Notes: generated by a model not told the origin, from the letters alone. DNA of 64,000 nucleotides from Nitrospinales bacterium (GCA_965262115.1 OZ253496.1:2240001-2304000), one strand, 5' to 3'. Counted from the stretch's first letter, positions 1 through 9,617 are shown. Translations and numbers: made by a program.

Positions 1-193
1 AAAAAGAGGGAACCAACCCGAGATGCTTCGACAGGTTTATCCTCCGAGGGCCTCAGGATGACAAACCAAATTCTGGATCGCCGCACCGCTTTTAGCGGTT
101 CGCGATGACAAGGCAACCCCCTCAATCCCCCTTGCAGGGGGAGGATTTTATCTGTGTGAATTCGTGGTTAATTGAGTCCAGCGTCACGCTGGC
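1..193. repeat. Composite cluster of short REP-like palindromic units
   Basis: Units: GAGATGCTTCGACA..CTCAGGATGAC (20-62, shared with MITE interiors), CTGGATCGCCGCACCGC..GCGGTTCGCGATGAC (73-109, similar unit at 29045), CCCCCTTGCAGGGGG hairpin, and CCAGCGTCACGCTGG (178-192, also at 42847 and 52488). Confidence 0.7.
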
Positions 194-1382
194 CAGGGGA
201 GGTACTCCCGCCAGGATTTTTTGGCGGTTAGAATTATGGCAATAGGTTCTTTTTCGTAAACGATGGGGTATTGCCGGAGCGTCACAAGACACCCGTCCGC
301 CGTTGCTGTGATCTCTTCCCGTCTTTTGCCGCTATAAATGTCGCGGATTTCTCCTATCTTTTGTCCGGCTTGGACGGCGGTTCCCACCTTCACTTCTTTG
401 AGAAACATTCCTGCTGTGCCGGCAAGAACGGCGACCTCATCCCCAGGTTGATAAAACCGGGGTTTGATATTTTCCTCAGGTTTTATTTTTCTTTTATCTT
501 TCAGGATTTTCTCGGCAACCATAAAACTCACGATGCCCTGGAACAGGGCTTCGCATTGCTGAACGTTCAGGGTGCGGGGTGAGCCGGCTGACAGGGTGAC
601 GGTGATGATATCGTGTGCGTACCACTGATGAACAAGCTGACTTTTGAGGTTTCATTTAACTTGCGCACGGTATCGATTTGCAGGTCGCGGGTCAGCTTTT
701 TGATTCTTCCATCCAGCGTGCCGGTCTGTTGAAGCAGGTTGAGGATGCCGAGAACAATCTGCTCGCAATAATTTTTGTTAATGCGCAGGCAGATTCCGGT
801 TTCGATGACGAGAGCGGGTATTTTGGCCTGGTTCAGGCTGTAACCGAGAGTGGACTCAAAAATCTCTGCATGGGGATGGACCCAGATCAGATCGACGTTG
901 CAAAATTTTGCCAGCGGCACGAGTTTTTTTTCAAAATCATTGATGATTCTAATTTGCGGCAGTTCCATCAGATGAAGATTACTGGAATGAATATCCACCG
1001 CCAGACCGGAGTTGGACTTTAAATCTTCCAACAGGATTTTCGATATCTCACTGGGCAAAGAGGGTGTGTTTGCTTGGCCGAAGGTGCGATTGATATCGAC
1101 GGAAAAAAAAGGCCACAGTCGGGTTCCTGTTTCAAGGGCCTGCTGATTGACTGCCGGATAAATGTAGACCTAGCCTTTGAAGGCATTCTGTTCTTCCAGA
1201 TTTTTCAGGGTCTCTATCAGCTGGTGACAGATATAAAGTCCTTCCAGTTCATCGCCGTGCAGGCCGGCAATCAGCGAGACGCGCTTGACCGGCTTTGGTA
1301 AATTGGAGGCAAATGTGTGGCGGATGATTTCCACCGGCGGCCCAACCGGGGTTTCAACGGAGAAGATACATTGGCTTAGCAT
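184..1382 (-). pseudogene. M14 / succinylglutamate desuccinylase-aspartoacylase family, broken; apparently a fusion of two paralogues
   Basis: GLHGDELEG and DIHS zinc motifs and a C-terminal biotinyl-lipoyl-like domain. In-frame TAG at 1170-1172 (FKG*VYIYPAVN...DINRTFG) joins the ORFs at 1170..1382 and 567..1058. A frameshift near 640-652 leads into the frame of ORF 184..531. Confidence 0.8.
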
Positions 1383-1460
1383 GAGAAAGACCGGTTAATC
1401 TGCTGAATCGTTGCAGGTTTGACATTGGTTTCAACGGAGAAGATACATTGGCTTAGCATG
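1350..1460. repeat. Exact 34-bp direct repeat flanking a 43-bp unique insert
   Basis: GGTTTCAACGGAGAAGATACATTGGCTTAGCATG at 1350-1383 and 1427-1460; insert at 1384-1426. Confidence 0.95.
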
Positions 1461-1469
1461 GAAGTGAGA

Positions 1470-2924
1470 TCAGGAGCCGTTGGACTTGTGATTTTTGGGC
1501 GAAATTTTCATGGAGTCAATTTTTCTTTTGAGGGTATTGCGGTTGATGCCCAGAGCCTTGGCGGTGGCGACCTGTTTGCCGGAATATTTGCTTAGAAGAA
1601 TTTCAAAAAGGTATTTTTCAATTTTTTGTACGAGGGTTTCATAAATCGTCCCTTCTTCATGGTTGTTAAGAAGAAAGTCCTTCAGCAACCGGTTCAGGCG
1701 TTCATCCCATTGTCCTTCATCGTCGATGGTGACGTCTTCCTGCAGGTGTGGCGGCAGGTGTTCCGGCAGGATGGGGCCGGAAAAGGCCAGCATCAACGCG
1801 CGTTTGATGACGTTTTCAAGTTCGCGGATGTTGCCGCTCCAGTGATAACCGCCGAGGATGCGTTCGACATCGGGGGAGAGATAGACCTTGCCGCATGAAA
1901 GCGAATCGGCGTATCGGTGGATGAAATGATTGGCCAGCAGGGGTACATCTTCCAGCCGTTCTCTTAACGGTGGCATATCAATATGGATGACGTTGAGGCG
2001 GTGATACAGGTCTTCGCGAAACTGTTTCAGGTCCATCATGTCTGCCAGGTTCTGGTTGGTCGCGGCAATGACCCGGACATTAACGGTGATCGGATTTTTG
2101 CCTCCCACCCGGTAGAATTCATTGTTTTGCAGAACGCGGAGGATTTTGGCTTGCAGGGGCAGTTCCATATCGCCGATTTCATCAAGAAACAGGGTGCCTC
2201 TATCGGCCTGCTGAAATTTCCCGATCTTGGTCTCTATGGCCCCGGTGAAAGCACCGCGCTCGTGACCGAACAGCTCCGACTCCAAAAGTTCGCGCGAGAT
2301 GGCAGCGCAGTTGATGCAAATAAAGGGCTGGTCCTTGCGGTGCGAGTACTGATGGAGCGTACTGGCCACCATTTCCTTACCGGTTCCGCTTTCTCCGGTA
2401 ATCAGTACCGACAAGTCGGAGCCCGCCGACTTACCGATGGTTTTAAAAATTTCCTGCATGCGTTTGCTCTTGCCTATGATCGAGGATATGGCATCTTGCG
2501 CGCCGGCTTCCTGATTCTGGTCGGATAAGTCGGAGGTCGGTGCGGAAACGGACCGGGCAGTTTCCGCCTTGTCGATCAAGCGGAAAATCTCTTCGAAATC
2601 GAACGGCTTGGTGATGTAGTCGTAGGCTCCCAGCCGCATGGCCTCGATGGTGTTGTTCATGGTGTCCTGAGCGGTCATCATCACCACTTTCAAGTCGGGA
2701 GAAACCTTCCGGGTATGTTCGAGAAGTTGCAGTCCGTCGGTATCCTCCATGAATATGTCGGAAAACATCATCAGGTATTGGTTGGCAGCCAGCTTTTTCA
2801 GTGCTTCCTGCCCGGATGAGGCGGTGTGGACGCGATAGTTTTTCTTTTCCAGTCCTTTTTTCAAGACCCAGAGAATGTTTTGCTCGTCATCGACGATGAG
2901 GATTTTATTTTGTTTGTCTGTCAT
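1470..2924 (-). CDS. ntrC: Sigma-54-dependent response regulator NtrC/GlnG
   Basis: REC domain, AAA+ motifs GESGTGKE and GAFTGA, C-terminal Fis HTH (LGINRNTLKRK); lies directly downstream of an NtrB-like kinase. Confidence 0.85.
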   Translation of the reverse strand: MTDKQNKILIVDDEQNILWVLKKGLEKKNYRVHTASSGQEALKKLAANQYLMMFSDIFMEDTDGLQLLEHTRKVSPDLKVVMMTAQDTMNNTIEAMRLGAYDYITKPFDFEEIFRLIDKAETARSVSAPTSDLSDQNQEAGAQDAISSIIGKSKRMQEIFKTIGKSAGSDLSVLITGESGTGKEMVASTLHQYSHRKDQPFICINCAAISRELLESELFGHERGAFTGAIETKIGKFQQADRGTLFLDEIGDMELPLQAKILRVLQNNEFYRVGGKNPITVNVRVIAATNQNLADMMDLKQFREDLYHRLNVIHIDMPPLRERLEDVPLLANHFIHRYADSLSCGKVYLSPDVERILGGYHWSGNIRELENVIKRALMLAFSGPILPEHLPPHLQEDVTIDDEGQWDERLNRLLKDFLLNNHEEGTIYETLVQKIEKYLFEILLSKYSGKQVATAKALGINRNTLKRKIDSMKISPKNHKSNGS

Positions 2925-2936
2925 GTTTCTATCTTA

Positions 2937-4019
2937 TCATCTCTGCCCGCTGGGAAGAAATACTTGCACCGTGGTGCCTAATCCCTTTTCGGAGGTGATT
3001 TTGATTTTTCCATAATGGTCTTTGACGATTTTCAGGGAAATAGGAAGCCCTAAACCGCTGCCCTTTTTTTTCGTGGTGTGAAAGGGGGTGAACAGTTTTT
3101 TCCGGGTTTCCTCATCCATACCTTCTCCTGAGTCGATGATTTCGACCACGATATTTTGTTGTGGGATGGGAGAAGAGGCGGTTTTGACGGCATATCCTGA
3201 ACTGACCCGGGTGATGATCTGGATTCTGCCGCCTTTTCTCGATGCTTCGATGGCATTTTTGATGAGGTTGAGAAACACCTGCTTCAATTGGTCTTCATCG
3301 GCCTCAATGAGGGGTAGGCTGGGATCATAAATTTGCTCAAACCGGCCCTTTTTGCGGGTGAGGCTGTCTTTTTCGAGCACCAGGATTTCTTCCAGAACTT
3401 TATGGATATTGGTGCTTTTCAGTTTCAGGTTGAGAGGTCGGGTCAGGTTCATCATTCTCTTGATCATTCTGTCTATCCGGTCCACTTCGGAAACCACGAT
3501 ATCGAGATATTCCTGATGCGATTTGTTTTTGATTTCCTGGCGCAGAAGCTGGGCCGATCCGCGGATACCCCCTAAAGGGTTGCGAATTTCATGGGCCATG
3601 CCCATTGCGATCTCTCCCAGCTTGTTGAGTTGATCTGCTGGTCTTTGTCGTTCCTCCAGTTCCCGAATCAGGGCCATGTTTTTGACCAGTATGGTCACCC
3701 CCTGAATGGAGTCGTCGGTCTCCAGATAGGGCGACAGGGTCAGATTAGCCGGGAACCGGGAAGAGGGGATGTTGCGCATGCCTTCTGCCTCCACATCGTG
3801 GTAGCAGGCTCCGGTTACCAGAACTTTGCGGACTGTGTCGAGTATACGCGACTGGCGGGGGAACAATTCTTCCAGACTGCGGTGGATGAACGAGTCGCGG
3901 GACCGGTGAAACATGTCCTCGATGGCCAGATTGCTCTCCTGAATGGTCAACGCCGGGGAAATGAGCAGAACCCCGTCTATGATGGAATAAAAAATATTCT
4001 GGTGCAGGCGGTCATTCAT
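2937..4019 (-). CDS. ntrB: PAS-domain sensor histidine kinase NtrB/GlnL
   Basis: AHEIRNPLGGIRGSAQLL H-box typical of NtrB, plus N/G/F boxes; cytoplasmic with an N-terminal PAS domain. Confidence 0.85.
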   Translation of the reverse strand: MNDRLHQNIFYSIIDGVLLISPALTIQESNLAIEDMFHRSRDSFIHRSLEELFPRQSRILDTVRKVLVTGACYHDVEAEGMRNIPSSRFPANLTLSPYLETDDSIQGVTILVKNMALIRELEERQRPADQLNKLGEIAMGMAHEIRNPLGGIRGSAQLLRQEIKNKSHQEYLDIVVSEVDRIDRMIKRMMNLTRPLNLKLKSTNIHKVLEEILVLEKDSLTRKKGRFEQIYDPSLPLIEADEDQLKQVFLNLIKNAIEASRKGGRIQIITRVSSGYAVKTASSPIPQQNIVVEIIDSGEGMDEETRKKLFTPFHTTKKKGSGLGLPISLKIVKDHYGKIKITSEKGLGTTVQVFLPSGQR

Positions 4020-4034
4020 GGTGCCAGAGCCAAT

Positions 4035-4412
4035 TTATTTAGAGCCTTTGGCCGTTTTGGATTTTCCCCCGGAATAAGGATTTTTGGGCGAGGGCTTTTT
4101 AACCGGGGCCGCAGGTTCAGGGGTTTTGGAGGTTTCCGTAGCAGTCGCGGGTGCCGGGGTTTCGGTATCGGTTTTGCCCTGTTTGCTTTCTTTTTCCCAG
4201 CCCTTCTTGCGTGCTTCGGAAGGGTATTCAGAAGTATACCATCCCGAACCTTTAAGGATAAACCCGGAAGCGGAAACCAGACGGCGGACTTTTCCGTTAT
4301 CTTTATCGTCGCAACCCAAGCCATTGCAGGTCTTTAAAGGTTTGGCGGACATGGCTTGCATGGCCTCAAAGACGGCTCCGCATTTGTCACATTCGTATTC
4401 GTAAATCGGCAT
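4035..4412 (-). CDS. FmdB-family zinc ribbon protein
   Basis: MPIYEYECDKCG...FILKGSGWYTSEY signature with a low-complexity tail. Confidence 0.9.
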   Translation of the reverse strand: MPIYEYECDKCGAVFEAMQAMSAKPLKTCNGLGCDDKDNGKVRRLVSASGFILKGSGWYTSEYPSEARKKGWEKESKQGKTDTETPAPATATETSKTPEPAAPVKKPSPKNPYSGGKSKTAKGSK

Positions 4413-4493
4413 AACTCAAAATCTCCGGCGTTTGCAGTATAGGGATTGAAAATTATATGATTCAAAAGCGGAAATGGCAGGGTTTTGTTTAGC

Positions 4494-5411
4494 CTATACC
4501 CGGGTGAGCCATTTCTGGAATTTGGGGTGGCCCCCGCGAACCACTTCAAAAAATGTTTTCTGAATCCGGTCGGTGATCGGGCCCTTTTTGCCCAAGCCGA
4601 TAGCGCGGTTGTCGATCTCGCGGACGGGTGTGATCTCGGCGGCGGTTCCGGACAAAAAGACCTCTTCCGCGATATACAGTTCATCACGGGTGATGGTTCT
4701 TTCTTCCAGAGCAATCCCCAGATCGGCACATATTTCAACGACGGAGTCGCGGGTGATCCCATCCAGATTGGAGCAGGACAAACAGGGTGTGTGTAATTTT
4801 CCCTTGGAATAGATGAAAATATTTTCTCCCGATCCTTCTGAAACGTAGCCCGAAGGGTCGAGAAGGATGGCCTCGTCGTAACCGTCGCGAACAGCTTCGG
4901 CTTTGGCCAGGATAGAGTTTATGTAGTAACCGCAGGCTTTGGCTTTGGTCATGGTGACATTGACATGGTGCCGGGTGAAGGAAGACAGGCGGACACGGAT
5001 GCCCTTGTCGAGGCCATCCTCTCCCAGATAGGCGCCCCAGGGCCAGGCGGCGATGGCGCAACGGACATCAACCCCTTTCGGGTTGAGCCCCATTTTGTTA
5101 TCGCCCAGAAATATGATGGGCCGGATATAACATTTCTCCAGTTTATTTTCCCGGACAACGCTGAGGGTCGCGTCAAAAATGTCTTTGTTGGAAAAAGACA
5201 CTTTAATGCCGAGAATGACGGCAGATTGAAACAGCCGGTCGATATGTTCCTGCAGGCGGAAAATGGCCGGTCCGTTATCTTTGGAGTTGTAGCAACGAAT
5301 ACCTTCGAAGACGCCGAATCCGTAATGCAGAGTATGAGTGAGGACATGAACATTGGCTTCGTGCCAAGGGACCATTTTTCCATCAAGCCAGATTTTTTCA
5401 GATTTTTCCAA
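4494..5411 (-). CDS. ilvE: Branched-chain amino acid aminotransferase (TTG start)
   Basis: [28 protein letters not shown] and [11 protein letters not shown] motifs. Confidence 0.95.
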   Translation of the reverse strand: MEKSEKIWLDGKMVPWHEANVHVLTHTLHYGFGVFEGIRCYNSKDNGPAIFRLQEHIDRLFQSAVILGIKVSFSNKDIFDATLSVVRENKLEKCYIRPIIFLGDNKMGLNPKGVDVRCAIAAWPWGAYLGEDGLDKGIRVRLSSFTRHHVNVTMTKAKACGYYINSILAKAEAVRDGYDEAILLDPSGYVSEGSGENIFIYSKGKLHTPCLSCSNLDGITRDSVVEICADLGIALEERTITRDELYIAEEVFLSGTAAEITPVREIDNRAIGLGKKGPITDRIQKTFFEVVRGGHPKFQKWLTRV

Positions 5412-5511
5412 AATTGCCTCTTTTGTGAGCAGGTTTAACAGGTCAGGGATAAAACAGGTTAAAGATAGATATTATTGGGCCTTAGGCATAAAATCAAGCC
5501 AAATAAATGCA

Positions 5512-5540
5512 TTGACATGTTAAAATAGGTTTGTTAATTT
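5512..5540 (+). promoter_or_regulatory. Sigma70-type promoter for the tRNA-Lys/tRNA-Glu pair
   Basis: TTGACA (5512-5517), 17 bp spacer, TG-n-TAATTT (-10 at 5535-5540), 27 bp upstream of tRNA-Lys. Confidence 0.6.
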
Positions 5541-5567
5541 CTCTCCTTTCGCTTTTTATTTAAGAAT

Positions 5568-5640
5568 GAGCCGCTAGCTCAGTTGGTAGAGCACTTGACT
5601 TTTAATCAAGTGGTCGAAGGTTCGATCCCTTCGCGGCTCA
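5568..5640 (+). tRNA. tRNA-Lys (UUU), CCA not encoded
   Basis: Acceptor stem GAGCCGC/GCGGCTC, anticodon arm CTTGA-CTTTTAA-TCAAG, T loop GGTTCGATCC. Confidence 0.97.
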
Positions 5641-5669
5641 TTTCTTTTTCCCTCATTTTAGAATTGGAA

Positions 5670-5747
5670 GTCCCCATCGTCTAGCCTGGCCCAGGACACC
5701 GGCCTTTCACGCCGGCGACGCGGGTTCGAATCCCGCTGGGGACGCCA
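5670..5747 (+). tRNA. tRNA-Glu (UUC)
   Basis: Acceptor stem GTCCCCA/TGGGGAC, anticodon arm CCGGC-CTTTCAC-GCCGG, GGTTCGAATCC, encoded CCA. Confidence 0.97.
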
Positions 5748-5854
5748 GTTTTCCTGTCTCAGAGCTTCCGGTTTGGCTTGATATGCCATCTATGCGCGGG
5801 AAGACCGTAGAAACTTGTTGAAATAGTAATGGGCCATGATCAAATACGGGTACA

Positions 5855-5982
5855 TGATCTTGCTCAGTAAAAGTGGACACGAAGAAATCGATGGATATAA
5901 TTATTTTTGGAGGTGTTTTATTAAAGCAGTCCGTTTAGTGGTAGAGGGAGGCAGGCTGATTTCCGAGGTGGTTCGGGAGCTT
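5855..5982 (+). mobile_element. IS3-family left end and OrfA remnant
   Basis: TG...AAAAGTGGACAC terminal motif followed by KAVRLVVEGGRLISEVVREL, an OrfA HTH-like fragment. Confidence 0.65.
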
Positions 5983-6021
5983 TACCAGAAAATGGTCAGG
6001 ATGGGTATCTGGGGCAGCCCC
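5983..6021 (-). mobile_element. Possible IS1595 (IS1016-like) terminal fragment
   Basis: The minus strand begins GGGGCTGCCCCAGATACC, resembling IS1016-type ends (GGGGCTG....AGAT), exactly where the IS256 ORF is cut. Confidence 0.35.
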
Positions 6022-6142
6022 TAATGTTATTCTTGCTCATAGTGGCGTACCTCTTTGGTTGTTTTGGTGTTTTAGTAACAACCAGTCAACCAGATACGCC
6101 GCTTTTTTGCAGCCACCTAAACACCAGATTCAGTTATAACTC
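6022..6142 (-). mobile_element. IS256-family left end with truncated transposase start
   Basis: GAGTTATAACTGAATCTGGTG end, GGCGTATC/GTACGCC hairpin around the RBS, and ATG at 6040 encoding MSKNNI before truncation. Confidence 0.55.
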
Positions 6143-6225
6143 ACAAAGAGGCGGTCCCCTATGGCAACAGCAATTATTTAATGAGAAACCTCTATGGGCC
6201 AATTAGTGATGTCATTGAAAAAAAA

Positions 6226-7458
6226 TTATAACTCCAATATATCGTTAATAAGTTTTATAATTTTTTCTACTGCATCACCATTGCCAAAAGAATTGGTTAT
6301 AGTTTGAGTTTTCTGCATAGTGGTTATTACATCAGGCAATTCGCTGGGGGAGCCAATCTCTTCTATTCCGTCATAATGCAATATGGGCAAAAAACTCTTT
6401 TCTCCCGTCTGATTTAGCACGATAACTGGTTTACCTGAATTATAAGCACCAACTAATATGGTCGAAGAAAAACCCATAACAATGTCGACCACTTGTAAAT
6501 ATTCTAAAAACTTATGGTTTTCAACAAAACAGGCGTTATTCTGATCGCACCACCGCCTGAAATGATTTTCATCTTGAGAAGAGTGACATTTGACCAAAAG
6601 ACCATAATCTAAATCTTTAAGTTGATTACTTATGTTGTCCAAATTCCTAAAAGTTGTTGTTTCATCTCTTTCAATATGAGTAAAGGCATCACCTGTTAAA
6701 ATCGTCAATTGGTCGTTCCATAAAAGATACTTTTTATTCCCATTAAGATTAAGAGATGCTTTGATTTTTTGTATTTTTAAATCTGTTAATTTTTGCCTTA
6801 AATGAATAAACTTATCAAAATCAGGATTTCCAGTAATATGAATTTTAGATTTTTCTACGCCGTATTTAACGACTAGATTATTTTTGGCCGTATCATCTAC
6901 TACGCAAATATAATCTGCATCAAGTTTATATCTTTCAAAATGGCAAAAAAGATCCGGGATTTGCAAAGTTGGAATGTCTTGCTCCTTTGCCAGTTTAACC
7001 GCTTCTTTTTCAGTTCTGTGAGAGTTTGTTGTAATCAAACAGTCTGTCTTTATTGATTGGAAAATACGTCTAACTAATGTTTTTGGTTCAAATATGGCTC
7101 GACCGGCAAGCTTGTACTCAGTAAGAGCTTTATCAAAGGATTTATATTTTTGTACAAGGTCATAAAATGATAATCCCAGATAGGCAATAGTTTCTTCCTT
7201 ATCCACAAGGCATTTATCTTGATCCATATTCTCAAACAGAAACTCGCCGTATTTGAGTATTTCACTATCCTGTTTATGGATAAAATTCTTCGCTGAAAGA
7301 CACTCAAAACCATTTTTTTTGTACAACTCTATAGCTGTTGTTAAACCGATTACCTTGGTGGTATAACCCAAATCAATAGCTCGTTTTAGTAACGGCATTA
7401 AAATAAAAGCATGTGCGCCACCATAAGAAATAAAAAGTAGCGTTTTACTCCTCCTCAT
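6226..7458 (-). CDS. GT-B fold polysaccharide biosynthesis protein (glycosyltransferase / epimerase-like)
   Basis: ISYGGAH N-terminus, ITGNPDFD, SSTIL and FGNGDAVEKI motifs; AT-rich and located in a polysaccharide operon. Confidence 0.6.
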   Translation of the reverse strand: MRRSKTLLFISYGGAHAFILMPLLKRAIDLGYTTKVIGLTTAIELYKKNGFECLSAKNFIHKQDSEILKYGEFLFENMDQDKCLVDKEETIAYLGLSFYDLVQKYKSFDKALTEYKLAGRAIFEPKTLVRRIFQSIKTDCLITTNSHRTEKEAVKLAKEQDIPTLQIPDLFCHFERYKLDADYICVVDDTAKNNLVVKYGVEKSKIHITGNPDFDKFIHLRQKLTDLKIQKIKASLNLNGNKKYLLWNDQLTILTGDAFTHIERDETTTFRNLDNISNQLKDLDYGLLVKCHSSQDENHFRRWCDQNNACFVENHKFLEYLQVVDIVMGFSSTILVGAYNSGKPVIVLNQTGEKSFLPILHYDGIEEIGSPSELPDVITTMQKTQTITNSFGNGDAVEKIIKLINDILEL

Positions 7459-8129
7459 ACATAGTGCTGTGCTAAAGCTTGTGCTATTTTGAGTTCTTTG
7501 TTGGTATTAATATCTAAGACTTCTTTAATACCAATTTCAAATAGGAAGGGATTTTTTCCGAAGAAATAGGAGTTTTCCAGCATTTGTTTATGTGGTTGTA
7601 TAAAGATGCCTCCATCTTGAGCATACAACACTGGTAAATCTTTTGCCAATGTGTGAGTTTTGGCATAAGGATTATAATTCAACGGTGTCCTGTCTGCTGT
7701 CCAAAAATGCTCCTGAACCTTATAAACAGACAACAAAGAATCATTTTGCTTGCCATCATATATGCGCTCGAAAATTTCAATCGCTGCATCATAGGTACTA
7801 GTGATAATAAAAGGATTTGTACAATGCGCCCAAATAACAATATCGGTGTCTATTTCTTTAACAAGATTGTGAATCATTTTCTGGGCACTTTGTTCATAAT
7901 GATATTCCTCTTCAATAACAATTTCTGCGCCATATTTTTTTGCCTCCGCTATCACTTTTTGACTTTTTGTGCCAACAACGACTCTATCAATATATCGAGA
8001 ACTCTTAAGCTGGATAGTCTTATGACCCAGAAGGCTTTCTCCAAGCAACAACTGAAAATTTTTATCTTTTATTCTTTTGCTATCATCTTTTGCGGGGATA
8101 ATTGCAACAACTTCTTTATTATTAATCAT
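7455..8129 (-). CDS. Acylneuraminate-type cytidylyltransferase (NeuA-like)
   Basis: AIIPAK..SKRIKDKN, HCTNPF and LDINT motifs. Confidence 0.85.
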   Translation of the reverse strand: MINNKEVVAIIPAKDDSKRIKDKNFQLLLGESLLGHKTIQLKSSRYIDRVVVGTKSQKVIAEAKKYGAEIVIEEEYHYEQSAQKMIHNLVKEIDTDIVIWAHCTNPFIITSTYDAAIEIFERIYDGKQNDSLLSVYKVQEHFWTADRTPLNYNPYAKTHTLAKDLPVLYAQDGGIFIQPHKQMLENSYFFGKNPFLFEIGIKEVLDINTNKELKIAQALAQHYV

Positions 8130-9564
8130 TTATGCCCTTGTTTTTCAAAGAAAGATTGCTTTGTATAATCAGCCCGAGTGCCAAACTAAACAATAACTGG
8201 TATATTTCCACATGGTCTATAAAAAACTCAGTTACTTGAGACGTTAATAGTAGTAGTAATATTTTTTGATAGCCTATCGTCAACCTTTCGCGAGGTAAAG
8301 GGTTAAATTGAAGAAGTATAAAATAGGCATATATCGACGAACCAACCAGTCCGCATTCAACCAACAGCCAAAAATATATGGAGTGTAGTCCATAGATATT
8401 CGGAGAAGAGTCGGTAGGGTATCTAACTAAAAACCTGCCTATATTTTCTTGAAACATACCTGTTCCCGCGCCAAAAAATTTATGATCGCCAAACAGCTCA
8501 AGCGCAACTGACCATATTTCAATTCTATAATTGAAGACATTTTTGACCCATTGCAGAAATGCACTATCCCCCCCCGTCATGCATACTACTGTTAAAGACG
8601 TTGCCATGGCAACCGCAGTTGTAACATACAGCCCAGGCGAGATACGCTTCAACACATAGCAGGTAGGCACCAATAACATTGCCATAGATGAACCGCTAAT
8701 GATGGTGCCCAAAACTAAAATGAGTAGATGCAGCTTTCTGGCGCGAATCGCCACACCCGAAAACAAAACGAAACCGAATAGAACGCCTGATATTAATCCC
8801 AGATGATTAGGATTTAAATAGAAGGAGCTTATTTTCCAGCCATAGTACTCATGTAGAAAAGTAACGTCCCCGTTATAATAGAAAAGCAGGTCAATAAGAC
8901 CAATTAAAATGAAAGATGCATTGTATCTAATTATTGTATTTAGCCAACGACAAACTAATGCCTGACCGCACTTGGATATTACAATAATGAAATAATAAAT
9001 GACTCCATATTGCAGTAAAAATAGTATGGCATATAGAAAAGGTTTATAAAGAGAGTAAGACATCGCAACTGCCATTAAGTAGACGGCAAAAATCATCAAA
9101 CTATCTACTTCTTTTCTAAAAGGCTTGCCAAACCTATAGACCAACCCAACCAGCCCGTAGAAAATAACACCTGTCTTGTCAATATCCTGAGGAAGAAATG
9201 AAGCCAGAATAACTCCCCAAAAAAATATATGTATCGTTGCATTTTCAATAAATTTGAAAGATTTTGAGTTGTTGTTTCTTATCATTAAAAGGAGACCTTT
9301 GCGTAAGTCGAAAAAAAACAGAAAAGCGAGAGCCCCTGCGGGGCACGAAAGCTTGGGTGAAACATCACGGCGTTCAGAATGACAATACAAGGTCATTTTG
9401 TCATTCTGAGGAACAACGTATTTCGTCATCCTTGAGGAGCCGAAGGCGACGAAGGATCCGGGGTTATGCAATCTCATTCGAAAGAGGGTCACCGTGTATT
9501 TCTTCAATTTTCGGATCACTAAAAAACGAGATGTAAGATTTATCTGATCCAGGGAAAGACTCAT
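8122..9564 (-). CDS. O-antigen polymerase/ligase (Wzy_C family) with an in-frame MITE near the N-terminus; alternative start 9285
   Basis: Multi-TM protein with NPNHLG, RIEIW..A, FGAGTG and LHSIY motifs. Codons 31-93 are MITE-derived. Confidence 0.75.
   Translation of the reverse strand: MSLSLDQINLTSRFLVIRKLKKYTVTLFRMRLHNPGSFVAFGSSRMTKYVVPQNDKMTLYCHSERRDVSPKLSCPAGALAFLFFFDLRKGLLLMIRNNNSKSFKFIENATIHIFFWGVILASFLPQDIDKTGVIFYGLVGLVYRFGKPFRKEVDSLMIFAVYLMAVAMSYSLYKPFLYAILFLLQYGVIYYFIIVISKCGQALVCRWLNTIIRYNASFILIGLIDLLFYYNGDVTFLHEYYGWKISSFYLNPNHLGLISGVLFGFVLFSGVAIRARKLHLLILVLGTIISGSSMAMLLVPTCYVLKRISPGLYVTTAVAMATSLTVVCMTGGDSAFLQWVKNVFNYRIEIWSVALELFGDHKFFGAGTGMFQENIGRFLVRYPTDSSPNIYGLHSIYFWLLVECGLVGSSIYAYFILLQFNPLPRERLTIGYQKILLLLLTSQVTEFFIDHVEIYQLLFSLALGLIIQSNLSLKNKGIND
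9292..9474. mobile_element. MITE family A, copy 1 (degenerate right TIR)
   Basis: Left TIR GAGACCTTTGCGTAA, right TIR TTATGCAATCT(C); internal TCAGAATGAC/GTCATTCTGA inverted pair; imperfect TSD CATTAAAAG/CATTCGAAA. Confidence 0.8.
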
Positions 9565-9617
9565 TGTGCCTATTTTATTCCTCGTTACAGTACAAATCTT
9601 TCATATTGGCCGAAAGA

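Noticed and set aside
1350..1460. Bona fide CRISPR array
   Set aside because: Only two repeats, the repeat is coding sequence of the adjacent gene, and there is no leader or cas gene. It is kept only as an off-target integration hypothesis.
3591..4337. Long antisense or overlapping ORFs in the track (for example 3591..4337, 31133..31765, 33653..34234, 35753..36388)
   Set aside because: They are shadows of well-supported genes on the opposite strand and have no recognisable motifs.
5836..6206. ORFs 5836..6024 and 6024..6206 as genes
   Set aside because: They are read-throughs of abutting IS remnants.
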